A stretch of 64,000 nt of DNA from Eledone cirrhosa (lineage: Eukaryota), in contig OZ024749.1 in NCBI GenBank assembly GCA_964016885.1, positions 27,032,001 to 27,096,000 on the forward strand, in the 5' to 3' direction. A program made the translations under genes and the position numbers. How positions within the stretch are numbered: position 1 is the stretch's first letter; each line of letters opens with the position of its first letter. This document shows positions 14,161 through 28,455 of this stretch, one piece after another. The notes below the pieces were generated by a model. It was not told where the DNA came from. It made no database searches and was given only the letters and a program-made list of their open reading frames with translations.

Positions 14161-14166
<6 letters not shown>
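14091..14166. mobile_element. Minimal Tc1/mariner-type MITE (two TIRs nearly abutting) inside (TA)n
   Basis: GTGTCTCCCCAAAATGTATACACACTT..AAGTGTGTATACATTTTTTGGGACAT; a matching solo TIR ..GTGTGTATACATTTTTTTAGGACACCCTG-TA lies at about 48330-48360. Confidence 0.65.
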
Positions 14167-14218
<52 letters not shown>

Positions 14219-14254
14219 ATATATATATATATATATACCATCACACCTCCACAA

Positions 14255-14294
<40 letters not shown>

Positions 14295-14502
14295 CGACAA
14301 CAACAAAATATACAGGCTAGTTTTTCAGGTTGGTGATGAGAAGGACATCCAGCCATAGAAAACTTGCCACACAAAAAGTCAAGAAGTTTTTCCAGTCCTG
14401 TCAAGCACATGACAACCTCCCTAGTGCTGGCACCACAACAAAATACACCCAGTACACACTGTAGAATGTGGGGCCATAAGTAAACAGGATTCAGCTCCTT
14501 AA

Positions 14503-14922
14503 CCCCTCCCTTATCATTTAAACCAGCCATATCCGCCCAGAATTCTCTCACCTCTTTCTGTTCAAACCGGCTGAAACCAGCTGCTCAACTGATATTAAGG
14601 TATTGTTCTCAAAATAAATAATATCAAAATCTCAAAGAGTCAATATTATGTGATATTATTATGTAAGGTGAATTGGCAGTATCGGTAGAGTGTCAGACAC
14701 CATGCTTTACAGCATAGAGTTATGGCCCTTTGCGTTCTGAGTTCAAATACCGCCGAGGTTAACTTTGCCTTTCATCCTTACGGGGTCGAGAAAATAAAGT
14801 ACCAGTAATGTTCTGGGATAATTGCTGGCCTTGTGCCAATAGTAGAAACAATTATTATGTAAGGTAAAGCCTTTAGCATGAAATTATAATAGTAAATATA
14901 GAGTAATATAAAGGCTAAAGGG
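14503..14922 (+). mobile_element. piggyBac-type MITE interrupted by a SINE-B
   Basis: TTAA|CCC..GCTAAAGGG|TTAA; homologous to 2071-2285. Confidence 0.8.
14670..14850 (+). mobile_element. SINE family B with 15-bp TSD
   Basis: ATTATTATGTAAGGT duplicated at 14655-14669 and 14851-14865. Confidence 0.88.
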
Positions 14923-16054
14923 TTAAGTGTCTCAAAGAACTAACTACAACAAAGTACTGACTTGGTCTTTGATAACCCATTCAACCCTTATTAGCAGAGA
15001 AAATGCACATTAAACAATGACATGTGTAAGTGTGTATACATATACCATCATGTGAGTAAGTGCCCTTCACCTCCAGCCATTTTCTCCCCTCTTCCTCCCC
15101 CACTGCTGCTGAAGAATAGCCTTAATCTGACCTTCACCTCCTCACCAAGAACACCACCAAACCTGCTTGAGACACTAACACCATCCCACCACCCTAAAAC
15201 CATCAGCATACCCACTGACCAATTACTACAGCTCCTTCAACCAATAGTCATACACACATATATATATGCACACCCATGTATAGAACCCTGTGTATGTGTG
15301 ACTGTGTATGGGACCCTGTTTGTATATGCATGACCTTGTGTATATGACTGTGTTCAATCATGTTTGTGTACATGACCCTGTGTACATGACCCTGACTGTA
15401 TGTATGACCTTGTGCATGGGACTGCTTGTGTATGCACAAGCTTTTGTATATGACTGTATACTGCCATGTTTGTGTATGCATGATCTAGCATACATGACCC
15501 TGTCTGTATGCATGATCTTGTGTATTTGACCGTTTGTGTATGCACGACCTTGTGTATATAACTGTGTATTCAGCCATGTTTGTGAACATGACCCTGTCTG
15601 TATGCATGACCTTGTGTATATGACTGTATATAGCCTTGCTTATGAATGCATAACCTAGCATACATGACCCTGTCTATCTGTGTGACCTCGTGTAAGTGAC
15701 CCTGTTTGTGTATGTGACCCTGTGTATGTGTGACTCTGCACACCTGTCACCTTGTTCTTAATTCTACTTATTCATACCTGTATATGTGGCCTTGTCTATT
15801 GATATGTGTCATCATCATCATTTAACATCTAGCATATATATTTAAGCATGTGTGAATGTGTGTGCGTGTGAATATGTCAGTGCGTGTGAATGTGTGTGCA
15901 TGTGAATGTGTCAGTGCGTGTGAATATGTCAGTGTGTTTCATTTTTTTTTTTTAAATTGAAAAAATTTACAATAAATATTTTTTCTTTTGTTTATAGTTT
16001 GTGTTTATTTCATTTCTCTTGTTTCTTAATTAAGTTGTAATGATGTATGTAATG

Positions 16055-17768
16055 GCCACCACTACCACCTGCACTGCCACCACCACCTCTGTCACTACAA
16101 CTATTGCCACCACCACCACTGCTACTATCACCAACACCACCACTGTCACCACTATTGCCAGCACCACCACCACTGCTACTATCACCAACACCACCACTGC
16201 CACCACCACCACCACTGCTACTATCACCAACACCACCACTGTCACCACCACCACCACTGCTACTATCACCAACACCACCACTGCCACCACCACCACCACT
16301 GCTACTACCACCAACACCACCACTGCCACCACCACCACCACTGCTACTATCACCAACACCACCACTGCCACCACCACCACCACTACTACTATCACCAACA
16401 CCACCACTGCCACCACCACCACCACTGCTACTATCACCAACACCACCACTGCCACCACCACCACCACTGCCACCACCACCACCACTGCTACTATCACCAA
16501 CACCACCACTGCCACCACCACCACCACTGCTACTATCACCAACACCACTGCCACTACCACCACCACTGCCACCACCACCACCACTGCTACTATCACCAAC
16601 ACCACCACTGCCACCACCACCACCACCACTGCTACTATCACCAACACCACCACTGCCACCACCACCACCACTGCTACTATCACCAACACCACCACTGCCA
16701 CCACCACCACCACTGCTACTATCACCAACACCACCACTGCCACCACCACCACCACTGCTACTATCACCAACACCACCACTGCCACCACCACCACCACTGC
16801 TACTATCACCAACACCACCACTGCCACCACCACCACCACTGCTACTATCACCAACACCACCACTGCCACCACCACCACCACTGCTACTATCACCACCACC
16901 ACCACTGCCACCACCACCACCACTGCTACTATCACCAACACCACCACTGTCACCACCACCACCACTGCTACTATCACCAACACCACCACTGCCACCACCA
17001 CCACCACTGCTACTACCACCAACACCACCACTGCCACCACCACCACCACTGCTACTATCACCAACACCACCACTGCCACCACCACCACCACTGCTACTAT
17101 CACCAACACCACCACTGCCACCACCACCACCACTGCTACTATCACCAACACCACCACTGCCACCACCACCACCACTGCTACTATCACCAACACCACCACT
17201 GCCACCACCACCACCACTGCTACTATCACCAACACCACCACTGCCACCACCACCACCACTGCTACTATCACCAACACCACCACTGCCACCACCACCACCA
17301 CTGCCACCACCACCACCACTGCTACTATCACCAACACCACCACTGTCACCACCACCACCACTGCTACTACCACCAACACCACCACTGCCACCACCACCAC
17401 CACTGCTACTATCACCAACACCACCACTGCCACCACCACCACCACTGCAACTATCACCAACACCACCACTGCCACCACCACCACCACTGCTACTACCACC
17501 AACACCACCACTGCCACCACCACCACCACTGCTACTATCACCAACACCACCACTGCCACCACCACCACCACTGCTACTATCACCAACACCACCACTGCCA
17601 CCACCACCACCACTGCTACTATCACCAACACCACCACTGCCACCACCACCACCACTGCTACTATCACCAACACCACCACTGCCACCACCACCACCACTGC
17701 TACTAACACCAACACCACCACTGTCACCACTATTGCCAGCACCACCACCGCCACCACCACCACCACCT
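16055..17768. repeat. 39-bp (CCA)-derived minisatellite, about 43 copies
   Basis: Unit CCACCACCACTGCTACTATCACCAACACCACCACTGCCA. Confidence 0.95.
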
Positions 17769-17829
17769 GTCATGCAACCCATACAAGTGTGGAAAAATAA
17801 ACAAACAATGATAATGATATATGTGCATA

Positions 17830-19470
17830 ATAGCCATTACAAGAAACTGACCCTCAAGAAGATGACCCAGGACTGAGAAGGATGGTGATATGCCCATACA
17901 AGAAACTAAAAATCAAGGAGATGACCCAGGACTGAGAAGGATGGTGATATGCCAATACAAGAAACTGACCCTCAAGAAGATGACCCAGGACTGAGAAGGA
18001 TGGTGATATGCCAATACAAGAAACTAAAAATCAAGGAGATGACCCAGGACTGAGAAGGATAGTGATATGCCATTACAAGAAACTAAAAATCAAGGAGATG
18101 ACCCAGGACTGAGAAGGATGGTGATATGCCAATACGAGAAACTAAAAATCAAGGAGATGACCCAGGACTGAGAAGGATGGTGATATGCCATTACAAGAAA
18201 CTAAAAATCAAGGAGATGACCCAGGACTGAGAAGGATGGTGATATGCCAATACAAGAAACTAAAAATCAAGGAGATGACCCAGGACTGAGAAGGATGGTG
18301 ATATGCCATTACAAGAAACTAAAAATCAAGGAGATGACCCAGGACTGAGAAGGATGGTGATATGCCAATACAAGAAACTAAAAATCAAGGAGATGACCCA
18401 GGACTGAGAAGGATGGTGATATGCCAATACAAGAAACTAAAAATCAAGGAGATGACCCAGGACTGAGAAGGATGGTGATATGCCAATACAAGAAACTAAA
18501 AATCAAGGAGATGACCCAGGACTGAGAAGGATGGTGATATGCCATTACAAGAAACTAAAAATCAAGGAGATGACCCAGGACTGAGAAGGATGGTGATATG
18601 CCAATACAAGAAACTAAAAATCAAGGAGATGACCCAGGACTGAGAAGGATGGTGATATGCCATTACAAGAAACTAAAAATCAAGGAGATGACCCAGGACT
18701 GAGAAGGATGGTGATATGCCGATACAAGAAACTAAAAATCAAGGAGATGTCCCAGGACTGAGAAGGATGGTGATATGCCGATACAAGAAACTAAAAATCA
18801 AGGAGATGACCCAGGACTGAGAAGGATGGTGATATGCCGATACAAGAAACTAAAAATCAAGGAGATGACCCAGGACTGAGAAGGATGGTGATATGCCGAT
18901 ACAAGAAACTAAAAATCAAGGAGATGTCCCAGGACTGAGAAGGATGGTGATATGCCGATACAAGAAACTAAAAATCAAGGAGATGTCCCAGGACTGAGAA
19001 GGATGGTGATATGCCATTAAAAGAAACTGACGTTCAAGAAGGAGTGACACATGGCTGAAGAGGTTGGTGATACACCATTAAAAAACTGAACTTTAATAAG
19101 AAGATGTCACAGAACTTAGTGGATTGGTGATATGCCATAAGAAACTGAACCTCAAGGACATAATACAGCACTAAGAAGGATGGTGATATGACAGAAGAAA
19201 CTGAACCAAGATGACATAGAACTGAGTGGACTGGTTATATGCCATTAAAAGAAACTGAACTTCAAGAAGTTGTTGACACCCGACTGAGAAGGTTGGTGAT
19301 ATACCATTAAAAAACTGGCCCTCAAAGAGATGAGACAGGACTGAGCAGGCTGGTGATATGCGATTAGAAACTCAACTCCAAGAAGATGACAGAACTGAGT
19401 GAACTGGTGATGTGTCATAAAAAACTGGCCTTCAAGAAGGACTGAGTGGATTGGTGATATGCCATAATAC
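17830..19470. repeat. 59-bp minisatellite (about 20 homogeneous copies, then degenerate units)
   Basis: GATGGTGATATGCC recurs at 17881, 17940 and onward. Confidence 0.95.
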
Positions 19471-19619
19471 AAAATCCCACCCACCAGTTATATAGCACTA
19501 GCACTTTATGCTAAAATATGTGATTGGAGTATAGGGAGTTGGCAACTGAAAATAGACAATACAGGATTTGAGTGAACTCTCCAGTTTGGAGAAGCAAATG
19601 TCTCTAGTGCTAGATGCTA

Positions 19620-19895
19620 TAATAATACATAACCAGTTCACCCTTTAAAGTGGTAGTGCTGGTGCCATGATAAAATACACCCAGTCCATCCAGTAAAGTG
19701 CTAGTGCTATAATAGGCACCCACTTCACTCTGTAAAGTAGTAGTGCCAGTAATACAATAAAATAAACCCAGGTTACCCTGTAAAGTGGTAGTGCTGGTGC
19801 CATGATAATATGCACCCAGTTCACCCTGTAAAGTAGTAGTGCTGATGCCACGATAAAATAAACACCCAGTAGACTCTGTAAAGTAATAGTGCTGG
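19620..19895 (+). repeat. Degenerate array of about 45-48-bp units related to the SINE-A/RTE internal module
   Basis: GTGGTAGTGCTGGTGCCATGATAAAATACACCCAGTCCA..CTGTAAA units. Confidence 0.75.
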
Positions 19896-20004
19896 ATAAA
19901 CAAATTAAGATGACAGATAGAAGTTCTGAAATTAATCTTTACAATTGTTTCAACACAAATTTTTCACTAAATACATAGCTAGGATAATCAAAATGTAATC
20001 ACTA

Positions 20005-20165
20005 ATAATAATAATTGTTTCAACTTTAGGCACAAGACCAGCAATTTGAAGGGGAAGGGGAAAGTCTATTAAATCTTCTCTAGTGCATTACTGGTGCTTT
20101 ATTTATCGATCCCATAAGGATGAAAGGCAAAGCTAGACTCAGCAGGATTTGAACTCAGATCATAA
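20005..20165 (-). mobile_element. SINE family B (3' part)
   Basis: Reverse complement of the B-box, Meta-like domain and ATT tail. Confidence 0.75.
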
Positions 20166-20509
20166 TCCTCTGCCATAAAATCTTGTCCAACACTAATGAC
20201 ACAGCTATAAGAAATAAGAATAATAATTATATGTGTATGTCTTTCTTAAATTTATATTCATATAATATATATATATATTATGTTTTTGTAAATATAGTTT
20301 CCATTTATTTAATATCATTGATATATATATATATATATATCATTATCATCATCCTCGTTTAACGTCCACTTTCCATGCTAGCATGGGTTAGACATATAAA
20401 TCTACATGCATGTGTGTTTATGCATATTTGATACAGCCATATAGTTACTTCCTATTTGTGATATATATATAAACACATACATACTTATATATATATAAAC
20501 ACATACATA

Positions 20510-20556
<47 letters not shown>

Positions 20557-20619
20557 CATAACAGATGGCTATAAATGTGTTTGTGTATATAATTTGACAC
20601 AGACAAGTACAACCAAATC

Positions 20620-20690
<71 letters not shown>

Positions 20691-20939
20691 ATACACACAC
20701 ACACACTGCATACATACATTTGTTCACATGACACAGACAATAGATGCTGAGCAAATAGTTGTATATATACACACATACCACAGACAGGTACAGACGTCCT
20801 AACCACCTACATAGACTAAAATAAACGGTCTTCTGTCTGTTATAAAGATGACTGTTTCAGTTGTTTGATCAACTGGACTGCTTACTCACTGAATTACATG
20901 TGTAAATTATTGAGAATGCCACAGACACATGTAACATTT

Positions 20940-21825
20940 AAACCTTTGTTGGCTATTTCTTGAATGGAGGGCATCCGTCGGGATCAAGCTAGGCTTGGCC
21001 TGACCCAAGTGAGACCGGTGGACAGAAACACATGGAGTGGGACACTAAGGGACGCTGTCAGGCAGGACCCAGCCCTACTTAGGGATTAATTGTGACCTCC
21101 ATAATCAAAAACTGGATGATGATGATGATGATGATGATTTCTAATGAAATACACTGCCCAAGTGTTAATTTATTTTGAAAATAACCAAAAATTTAACTAA
21201 CTTTCTCATTATCAAACTGGTGTTTGGAACATAGAAGCACTTAGATAAAAATCATGATAGAGAGTTTTAGTTGAAATATAAACACAAATTTTTTTTATAG
21301 AAACTACCTGAAATTGCCCAAGTTTCTGATAGAAAGCTGTTATTTTAAAGTGTTTATTTTTATTTAAAAACCCACCATTTTATTTTTATCTAAAAACCCA
21401 CCATTCTATTTTTATCTAAAATCCCACCATTCTATTTTTATCTAAAATTCCACTACTTTATTTTTATCTAAAAACCCTCCATTTTATCTTTATCTAAAAA
21501 TCCAACATTTTATTTTTATCTACAAACCCACCAATTTTATGTAAGGGCATTTATTAAGTTATGCTCCAAACACCAGATTGATAAAGAGGAAATTTGTTAT
21601 ATAAACAGTTACTAAATCCCTCCAAATTCCTGATTACTTTCAAAATTATTTGAAAATCATAGGCAGCATCTTTCATTAGAAATATGGTAATTTAATGGTT
21701 AAACTATGTTCAAAACACCAGCTAAATAATGACCAATATCTTCCAAATTCTTGGTTATTTTCAAAATCATTTGAAAATCATAGGCAGTGTCTTTCCTGAG
21801 AAATATGGGGAAAAGGATTAAGTTA
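20940..21825. mobile_element. Degenerate long-TIR MITE (TTAA-type) with an internal repeat of about 26 bp and a nested LINE end
   Basis: ATTTCTAATGAAATACACTGCC..TGGTGTTTGGAACAT on the left mirrored by ATGCTCCAAACACCAG..GGCAGCATCTTTCATTAGAAATATGG..GGTTAA on the right; related piece at about 47030-47200. Confidence 0.55.
20962..21137 (+). mobile_element. LINE 3'-end fragment with (GAT)n tail
   Basis: Encodes MEGIRRDQARLGLT..DRNTW, an RTE-like C-terminus; short ATTTCT duplication at the flanks. Confidence 0.6.
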
Positions 21826-21844
21826 TGTTCAAAACACAAATTTA

Positions 21845-21960
21845 ATAATCATTCCTACATTTGGTACAAGGCCAGTAATTTGAAGGGAAAGGGAAAGTCG
21901 ATTAAATCGACCCCAGTGCGTGACTGGTATTTCATCTTATCAACCCTGAAAGGATGAAAA
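21845..21960 (-). mobile_element. SINE family B fragment
   Basis: Reverse complement of the Meta-like domain and the GGGGTCGATTTAATCGAC hairpin. Confidence 0.7.
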
Positions 21961-22059
21961 CCAGATGTCCAGTTAGATGCTATATTCTGTCAGTTTTCCC
22001 TCCCAACAGCACCAGATACCTTGAAAAGGGTCAAGGATATTGCCCTCCCACATGAGTGA

Positions 22060-22148
22060 TAAAAAACATACATATACATACATACACATACATACATTCA
22101 TATACATACATTCATATACACACATACATATGTACATATACATATATG

Positions 22149-22187
<39 letters not shown>

Positions 22188-23767
22188 CATCATCATCAGG
22201 TTCAGGTTTAGCGTCCGTGTTCCACGCTTGCATATACTTACATATATATATACATTCATGTCCATACACGAATATACACATATACATACATAAATATATG
22301 TATATATATATACATAAATTTATGCACATATACACACATATGTACATACAAACACAAATTTATGCACATATACACACATATGTACATACATACATACATG
22401 AATGCATGCACATAAATATATGTACATCATCATCATCATCATCGTTTAACGTCCATCTTCCACGCTAGCATGGGTCTGGGTACATACCTAAATATATGTA
22501 CATACATATATGTATGCACATATGCATACATATAAATATATATATACACACACATACATATATGTATACACACACATAGATGTATGTATACACCAACACA
22601 CACATAGATGTATGTATACACCAACACACACATAGATGTATGTATACACCAACACACACATAGATGTATGTATACACCAACACACACATAGATGTATGTA
22701 TACACCAACACACACATACATATATGTATATACACACACACACACATACATGTATACACACACATGTATATACACACATACATACATATATGTATACACC
22801 AACACACACACACATATGTATACACACACATACATACACGTATACACCAACACATACATATATGTATACACACATACATACATGTATACACACACATATA
22901 TGTATACACACATACATACATGTATACACACACATACATGTATACACACACACATACATACATATATGTATACACCAACACACACATATGTATATACACA
23001 AACATATATGTATACACACACACACACATACACATAGGTATACACCAACACACACATATGTATATACACAAACATATATGTATACACACACACACACACA
23101 TACACATAGGTATACACCAACACACACACATATGTATACACACATACATATATGTATACACACACACACACACATACATACACACAAACCTCCCTGTTAG
23201 TATTATACTAAACATACACTCCTCTCATATTCTTTTATACATTTCTATTACATTATCTCTTTTACACACATCCATATCTCACATGAAGACTCTTATATAC
23301 ACTTCCGTGTGTGTGTGCATGTATGTATATTTACATAAATGTGTGTAGATGTGTATATAAGTGTGTGTATAAATATATGTGTGTATACGTGTGTATGTAT
23401 ATGTGTATATATACATGTATGTATATGTACATGTGGTTGTATATATATATATGTGCATATGTATGTGTGTGTGTGTGTGCATATATATATATATGTACAT
23501 GTGTGTATGTATATATATGTGTGTATATATATGTATGTGGTTGTATATATATATATATATATATATATCTGTGTGTGTGTGTATGTGTGTGTGTGTGCAT
23601 ATATATATATATGTACATGTGTGTATGTATATATATGTGTGTATATATATGTATGTGGTTGTGTATATATATATATGTGCATATGTGTGTGTGTGCATAT
23701 ATATATATATATATATATGTACATGTGTGTATGTATATATATGTGTGTATATATATGTATGTGGTTG

Positions 23768-23800
<33 letters not shown>
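22060..23800. repeat. (TA)/(CA)/(TACA) compound microsatellite region with short LINE-tail fragments
   Basis: Direct inspection; tails at about 22190-22230 and 22430-22480. Confidence 0.9.
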
Positions 23801-24104
23801 ATGTATTGCACAATTTCCCCCCTCCCCACTTCCTTCATGCTGCCTGCTCTACTGTGGTGTGGTGTACACCCCATACACCCACCCACCCATTCAGCCACAC
23901 CTCCCTACCTTCTCTATCGCTCTCTCTCTGCTCTAGATATAGAAGAACTCTATAAATATGCCATGAATTTCCAAATAGAACAACTCCAAAAATGGCAGCC
24001 GAACCTCCAGTACCATCAGCAGCTGGAGTTTTACTTCTTCAACAAATCTTCAAAACACACAAAATTCATTTCATTTTAAACCAAAACTGAATCAATTATC
24101 ATTA

Positions 24105-25405
24105 TTAACTTTGCCTTTCATCCTTACAGGGTTGTTAAAATAAAGTACCAGTAATACACTGGGATAATTGCTGGCTTTGTGCCAAATGCAGAAACAATTG
24201 CAGCATAGACTTATGGCCCTTTACGTTCTGAATTCAAATCCTGCCGGGGGTTAGCTTACGGGGTTGATGAAATAAGGTACCAGTAATGCAGTGGGGTCGA
24301 TTTAATCGACTTTTCCCGCCTCCCAAATTACTGGCCTTGTGCTTGCCATGTATAGAGTTACCTCCCTTTATGATCTGAGTTCAAATCTCGTTGAGGTTAA
24401 CTTTGCCTTTCATCCTTACGGGATCGCTAAAATAAAGTACCAGTAATGCACTAGGGTAATTGGTGGCCTTGTGCCTAAAGTAGAAACAATTATTATTATT
24501 ATTTTTATTAAATATCATTATCATCCTATGATGTCTTTAATATTTTCTTAATGTGAGCCCTGTGTGGCTAATAAAGAAAGTATTATTAAATATTATTGCT
24601 ATTATTATTATTATTATTATTATTATTAGGGTGGTGGATTGGCAGTATCGGTAGAGCATCAGACACCATGCTTTGCAGCACAGAGATACGGCCCTTTTCG
24701 GTCTGAGTTAAAATCCCACCGAGGTTAACTTTGCTTTTCATCCTTATGGGCGGGGGTCGATAAAATTAAGTACCAGTCACGCACTGGTGTCGATTTAATC
24801 GCCTTTCCCCCTCTCCCAAAATTGCTGGCCTTGTGCCATTATTATCCTCCTGTGAAACCATTATTATCATCCTGTGCCATCTTTAATGTTTTCTTAATGT
24901 GAGCCCTGTGCGGCTAATAAAGAAATCATTATCATCATCATCATCATCATCATCCTTACAGGGGTCAATAAAATAAAGTACCAGTAATACACTGGGTTGA
25001 TTTAATAGACTTTCACCTTCCCCACAAAATTGTCGTTGGCCTTGTGTCAAAATCAGACACCATTATTATTATTGAGGGTGGTGGATTGGTAGTATCGGTA
25101 GAGGGTCGGACGCCATGCTTTGATGCATAGTGTTACGGCCCTTGCCATTCTGAGTTCAAATCCCGCCGAGGTTAACTTTGCCTTTCATCCTTACGGGGTC
25201 GATAAAATAAAGTACCAGTAATACACTGGGTAATTGCTGGCCTTGTGCCAAAAGTAGAAACAATTATTATTATTGAGGGCAGTGGATTGACAGCATCGGT
25301 AGAGCTTCAGATAATATGCTTTGCAGCATTGAGTTACAGCCCTTTACATTCTGTGTTGAAATCCAGCCGAGGTTAGCTTTTCCTTTCATCCTTATAGGAT
25401 CGTTA
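24105..25405 (+). mobile_element. Head-to-tail cluster of about 7 full or partial SINE-B copies
   Basis: Meta-like domain and tail repeated in one orientation; complete heads at about 24629, 25074 and 25274. Confidence 0.88.
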
Positions 25406-25830
25406 GGGTGAAAACATACCATGGTTGCTATAACTGGGTCCCAAAACCTAAGGTCACGCATACATATTAAATGTATTGATTTAATATAATCTAAATAAGC
25501 TCTCTTGTAATAGATTGACCATTTATTTCCTTGGCATTTTATCTACAGATACCCCACATACACAAACATAATATACATAGGAATCCTTTCAAATGTGTGG
25601 TGATGGTTCATAGAACCTGAGACAGTGTTAATTGGGTTGGCATCAAAATGTTTATTAGATCATGTAAAGAAGATCAGGGCTAAACACTAACAGATTTAAC
25701 AAGTAAACAAGAAGTGTATGGTTCAATCCCCATCAGTGAATTTATTGTTTTGTTCTCAAAGTATTCTTTATAAATATTTATATATATTATATATATATAC
25801 ACACACAGACAGATGTCAATAATATATATA

Positions 25831-26275
<445 letters not shown>

Positions 26276-27111
26276 TTGAAAGCCACGACAATGCGAGATG
26301 AACAAATAAAGAATGAAGCAAGATATGTGTTTTACCTTAATTCATTTATGTCTTTGGAGTTTTGAATCATAAAATATATCCCTGAGGTTGATTACTCAGT
26401 AATTATTATGCCATTATTATGAAAAATCAATAAAATTAACATTTAATGTAGTGAGCATCTAATAAGACAGAAACATGTCCTAGGTTATCTCCCACGCTAA
26501 CCAAAATAAAAATACTGTATGTGTGTATATGTGTATGTGCATATGTGTGTGTATGCACAAAAGGGTATTTGAGTTGCTTGAATTAAAGAACTGGAATAAA
26601 TGGTGTAACAAGTGGTGGCGGAGAAGGTGGAGATGAAGGTAGCAGTGGTGGAGGTGGCAGTGGCGGAGGTGGCAGTGAAGGAGTTGTTGGTGACACTCAA
26701 GGTGGTGGTGGTGTCAGTGGAGGTGGATATGGCAGTGAAGGTGATGTTGATGGCATTAGAGGTGGTGAGGGGGTAGAGGCAGTGCTGGAGAAAGGGGCAG
26801 GGATGTTTTCTCATTCAATTTGTCTAGGTGATATTTACCAATTGATAAACAATCAGAGAATGAAAGTAAAGAAAAAGAAAGAAAGAAAGAAAAAGAAAGA
26901 AAGAAAGAAAAAGAAAAACTAAAGAGAAAAGAAAGGATAAATCTAAGATAATACACAGACATATACTAAGGTTAGTTTAGATAAAGGAATAAGATTTCTA
27001 TAAATACTGTAGATGTTACTGAGTACGCATGCAGTGGATGGATGGATGGATGGATGTGTGTATGTGTGTATGTGTATGCGTATGTATGTATGTATGTATG
27101 TATGTATCCAT

Positions 27112-27673
27112 CCAAGTACAACCTGTCCCATGGTCGGGTCGTTGGCGACTAAACTGGCAACCCCACCAAGGTTTCTTGGAGGAGGGTGACTTTGGACATC
27201 CTGCAGGACTAAAAACAAAACCTGTCAAAGGGCAAAGGAGCTCTTAAGAGTCAATGGCCATCCAAAATCACCGGGAGAGATGACCCCTTAGCCTTTGTCA
27301 AGGCAGAATTCTAGGAGAAGGAAAACTCTGATATAACACCTGCAACCCTGATGGTATCCAATGATGTTGACTTGTTCTTTTTGGTAAATATCGTCTTGGT
27401 CAAGAGAGTGGGACTGGCTTTGTGCAGTGCCTTTGCTCACTATAAAAACTTCACGGCACAGGCATTGCTTTGTATCTGGAAATCTCTCTGCACTTGTCGT
27501 CACATGGTACCATGGGCCCAGCACTAAGTGTCAATAATTGTCACAAGTGTAGTGTTTGTACCAGTTTTCAAGTTGCTGGCTGGACTAAAAAGTCACACTC
27601 GTTCAACGCATCGGTAGGGGTTCTCCTACATGGATATAAAGTAGTGGCCATACTCGAAAACGAGTTGGCAGCC
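27112..27673. mobile_element. Chimeric repeat made of two oppositely oriented RTE-like 5' UTR pieces
   Basis: Plus-strand TCTAGGAGAAGGAAAACTCTG motif (recalled from RTE 5' UTRs) joined to a minus-strand segment starting GGCTGCC; near-identical copy at 58090-58497. Confidence 0.6.
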
Positions 27674-27697
27674 TGTATGTATATATATATGTTTATA

Positions 27698-27957
27698 TCG
27701 GAGTTATCCCAGTTTCCTGAGTTGTCTTCTCCTAGAAGAATGCCCTGACAAAGGCTCAGTAGTTACCGATGATGTTGATCTTTTCTTCTTTTCAGGTTAT
27801 AGCTACTGTCGTTCAGAGAGTGGGATTGGCTCAGTGCACAGTCTTTCCTCACTTTAAAAAGAATCTTCACACACAGGCATTGCACGATAGAATTAATTAA
27901 TAATTATTAATAATGTTATATCATGCAATGGCCATACTCGATAACGAGGGGGCAGCC
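27698..27957 (-). mobile_element. Related RTE-like 5' UTR fragment in colinear arrangement
   Basis: Reverse complement: GGCTGCC..CAACATCATCGG..AGCCTTTGTCAGGGCATTCTTCTAGGAGAAGACAACTC. Confidence 0.55.
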
Positions 27958-27975
27958 ATCATGTATGTATGTATG

Positions 27976-28016
<41 letters not shown>

Positions 28017-28143
28017 ATGTATGTATGTGTGTGTGAGTACTGCAAATTTACATATTGGGGGTAGTTTATAAAGGTTATATATATACACACAATGCAGGAT
28101 GTAATGGGTGTATTATATATATATATAAATCTATGTATATATA

Positions 28144-28455
28144 TAGAGCATTGGCCTTGCAATCGAAAGGTTGTGAGTTCAATTCTCAGACTAGGTGATG
28201 TGTTGTTTCCTTGAGCAAGACACTTTATTTCACATTGCTCCAGTTTACTCAGCTGTAGAAATGAGATGATAGGGACTGGGGTCCCTATCATTCCACTGCA
28301 AAGTGGTCGTGGAGGTGCCATGGCAAAAAAGCACCTAGCACTCACTGTAAATGAGGTTGGTGTTAGGAAGGGCATCCAGCTGTAGAAATCAAGCCAGAAT
28401 CAGTTCCCGTCCCACCCTTGCAAGCAGGGAAAAGCGGACGTAAAATGAAATGAAA
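28144..28455 (+). mobile_element. CORE-SINE family A, slightly 5'-truncated
   Basis: Near-identical to 25831-26162 in opposite orientation. Confidence 0.9.

Noticed and set aside
16010-17876. Four overlapping ORFs of about 590 aa resembling mucin, extensin or glycine-rich proteins
   Set aside because: A 39-bp CCA-derived repeat is stop-free in several frames on both strands; no signal peptide, splice context or unique domain.
17830-19470. 59-bp unit as a tandem retrozyme (CTGAGAA..hairpin..GAAAC)
   Set aside because: The core reads CTGAGAA rather than CTGANGA, the hairpin does not abut GAAA, and no stem I or III forms.
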